Shown here: in pieces, positions 63,663 through 64,000 of the stretch
Layout of the letters: each line of letters starts with the position of its first letter
How positions within the stretch are numbered: the first letter of the stretch is position 1
NCBI GenBank assembly: GCA_000002445.1
Contig: CH464491.1
Span: forward strand, 32,001-96,000
Reading direction: 5' to 3'
DNA length: 64,000 nucleotides
Origin: Trypanosoma brucei
Lineage: Eukaryota
The notes under the pieces: model-generated
What the model was told of the DNA's origin: nothing
What the model saw: only the letters and a program-made list of their open reading frames with translations
Database searches by the model: none
Translations under genes and position numbers: made by a program

Positions 63663-64000
63663 CCCACCACTTTTTGTAAACTACAAAACCAAACAAGAAA
63701 ACAAAATAAACGAAAAGGGGGTAGGGAAGGGAATCGTAACAACTAAACACAGCAATAATGAAGAATGGCCAAAGAACTCCCAAACGGGGGGATGAGGAAG
63801 GTGGAAAAAAAGCTACGGTAAAAAAAAAATAATAATAATAACGTTGTGTGGAACCAACCATTGAAACACACCAACCGGTGGTTGAACAAATTTTGGATTT
63901 GCTTATCAGTAAACCACCTCCGCAACTAATACTTCACCACTGCTGGCATCATTTCCTCCTCTCCCGGTACCTTCCGCCCCCCCCCCCAATAAACAAAAGA

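Noticed and set aside
1-64000. Reading the window as a prokaryotic locus containing a novel defence or accessory system, CRISPR array or operon.
   Set aside because: Gene content (IFT144, CPSF100, RPB6, LC8, B9D2, Fcf2 and a mitochondrial carrier), long spacers with Y-tracts and microsatellites, and ~50% GC eukaryotic ORFs all indicate a kinetoplastid nuclear chromosome. There are no direct-repeat/spacer arrays or compact operon structure.

Overview
This window looks eukaryotic and kinetoplastid, most likely a chromosome-internal segment from the Trypanosoma brucei group. About 30 intron-less protein-coding genes all lie on the minus strand, which fits a single directional polycistronic transcription unit read from high to low coordinates. 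I saw no tRNA, rRNA, CRISPR array, transposon or strand-switch region. The genes are separated by 0.3-2 kb spacers. On the plus strand these spacers carry purine-rich runs, which are the polypyrimidine tracts for trans-splicing of the minus-strand genes, and short (TA)n/(TTTA)n microsatellites.

The lowest-coordinate gene (1..3487, running off the window edge) is a receptor-type adenylate cyclase of the GRESAG4/ESAG4 family. That family is greatly expanded in African trypanosomes and is the main basis for the taxonomic call.

Genes I can name from the protein sequences:
- Mitochondrial and metabolic: ETF-beta, TypA/BipA GTPase, a mitochondrial carrier, a PTPMT1-like dual-specificity phosphatase, the diphthine-ammonia ligase DPH6, and a UCH-type deubiquitinase.
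- Gene-expression: RNA polymerase subunit RPB6, CPSF100 (CPSF2), a BUD13-like protein (tentative), an RRM+YTH-like RNA-binding protein (tentative), and the rRNA-processing factor Fcf2.
- Cilium/flagellum: IFT144/WDR19, B9D2 and LC8 dynein light chain.
- A SPRY-domain protein.

The remaining long ORFs are large coiled-coil or hypothetical proteins. An apparent 4-kb gap (3.5-7.5 kb) holds small tail-anchored membrane proteins (a Bet1-like Qc-SNARE and a RAMP4/SERP homolog) plus a small acidic ORF.

I found nothing resembling a prokaryotic defence or accessory system. The observations worth a second look are the small-protein genes, the RRM+YTH architecture, the BUD13-like gene, a 2-kb ORF-free spacer, and the co-location of ciliary genes. 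All functional calls rest on reading translated sequence by eye against remembered family signatures. No database search was run.
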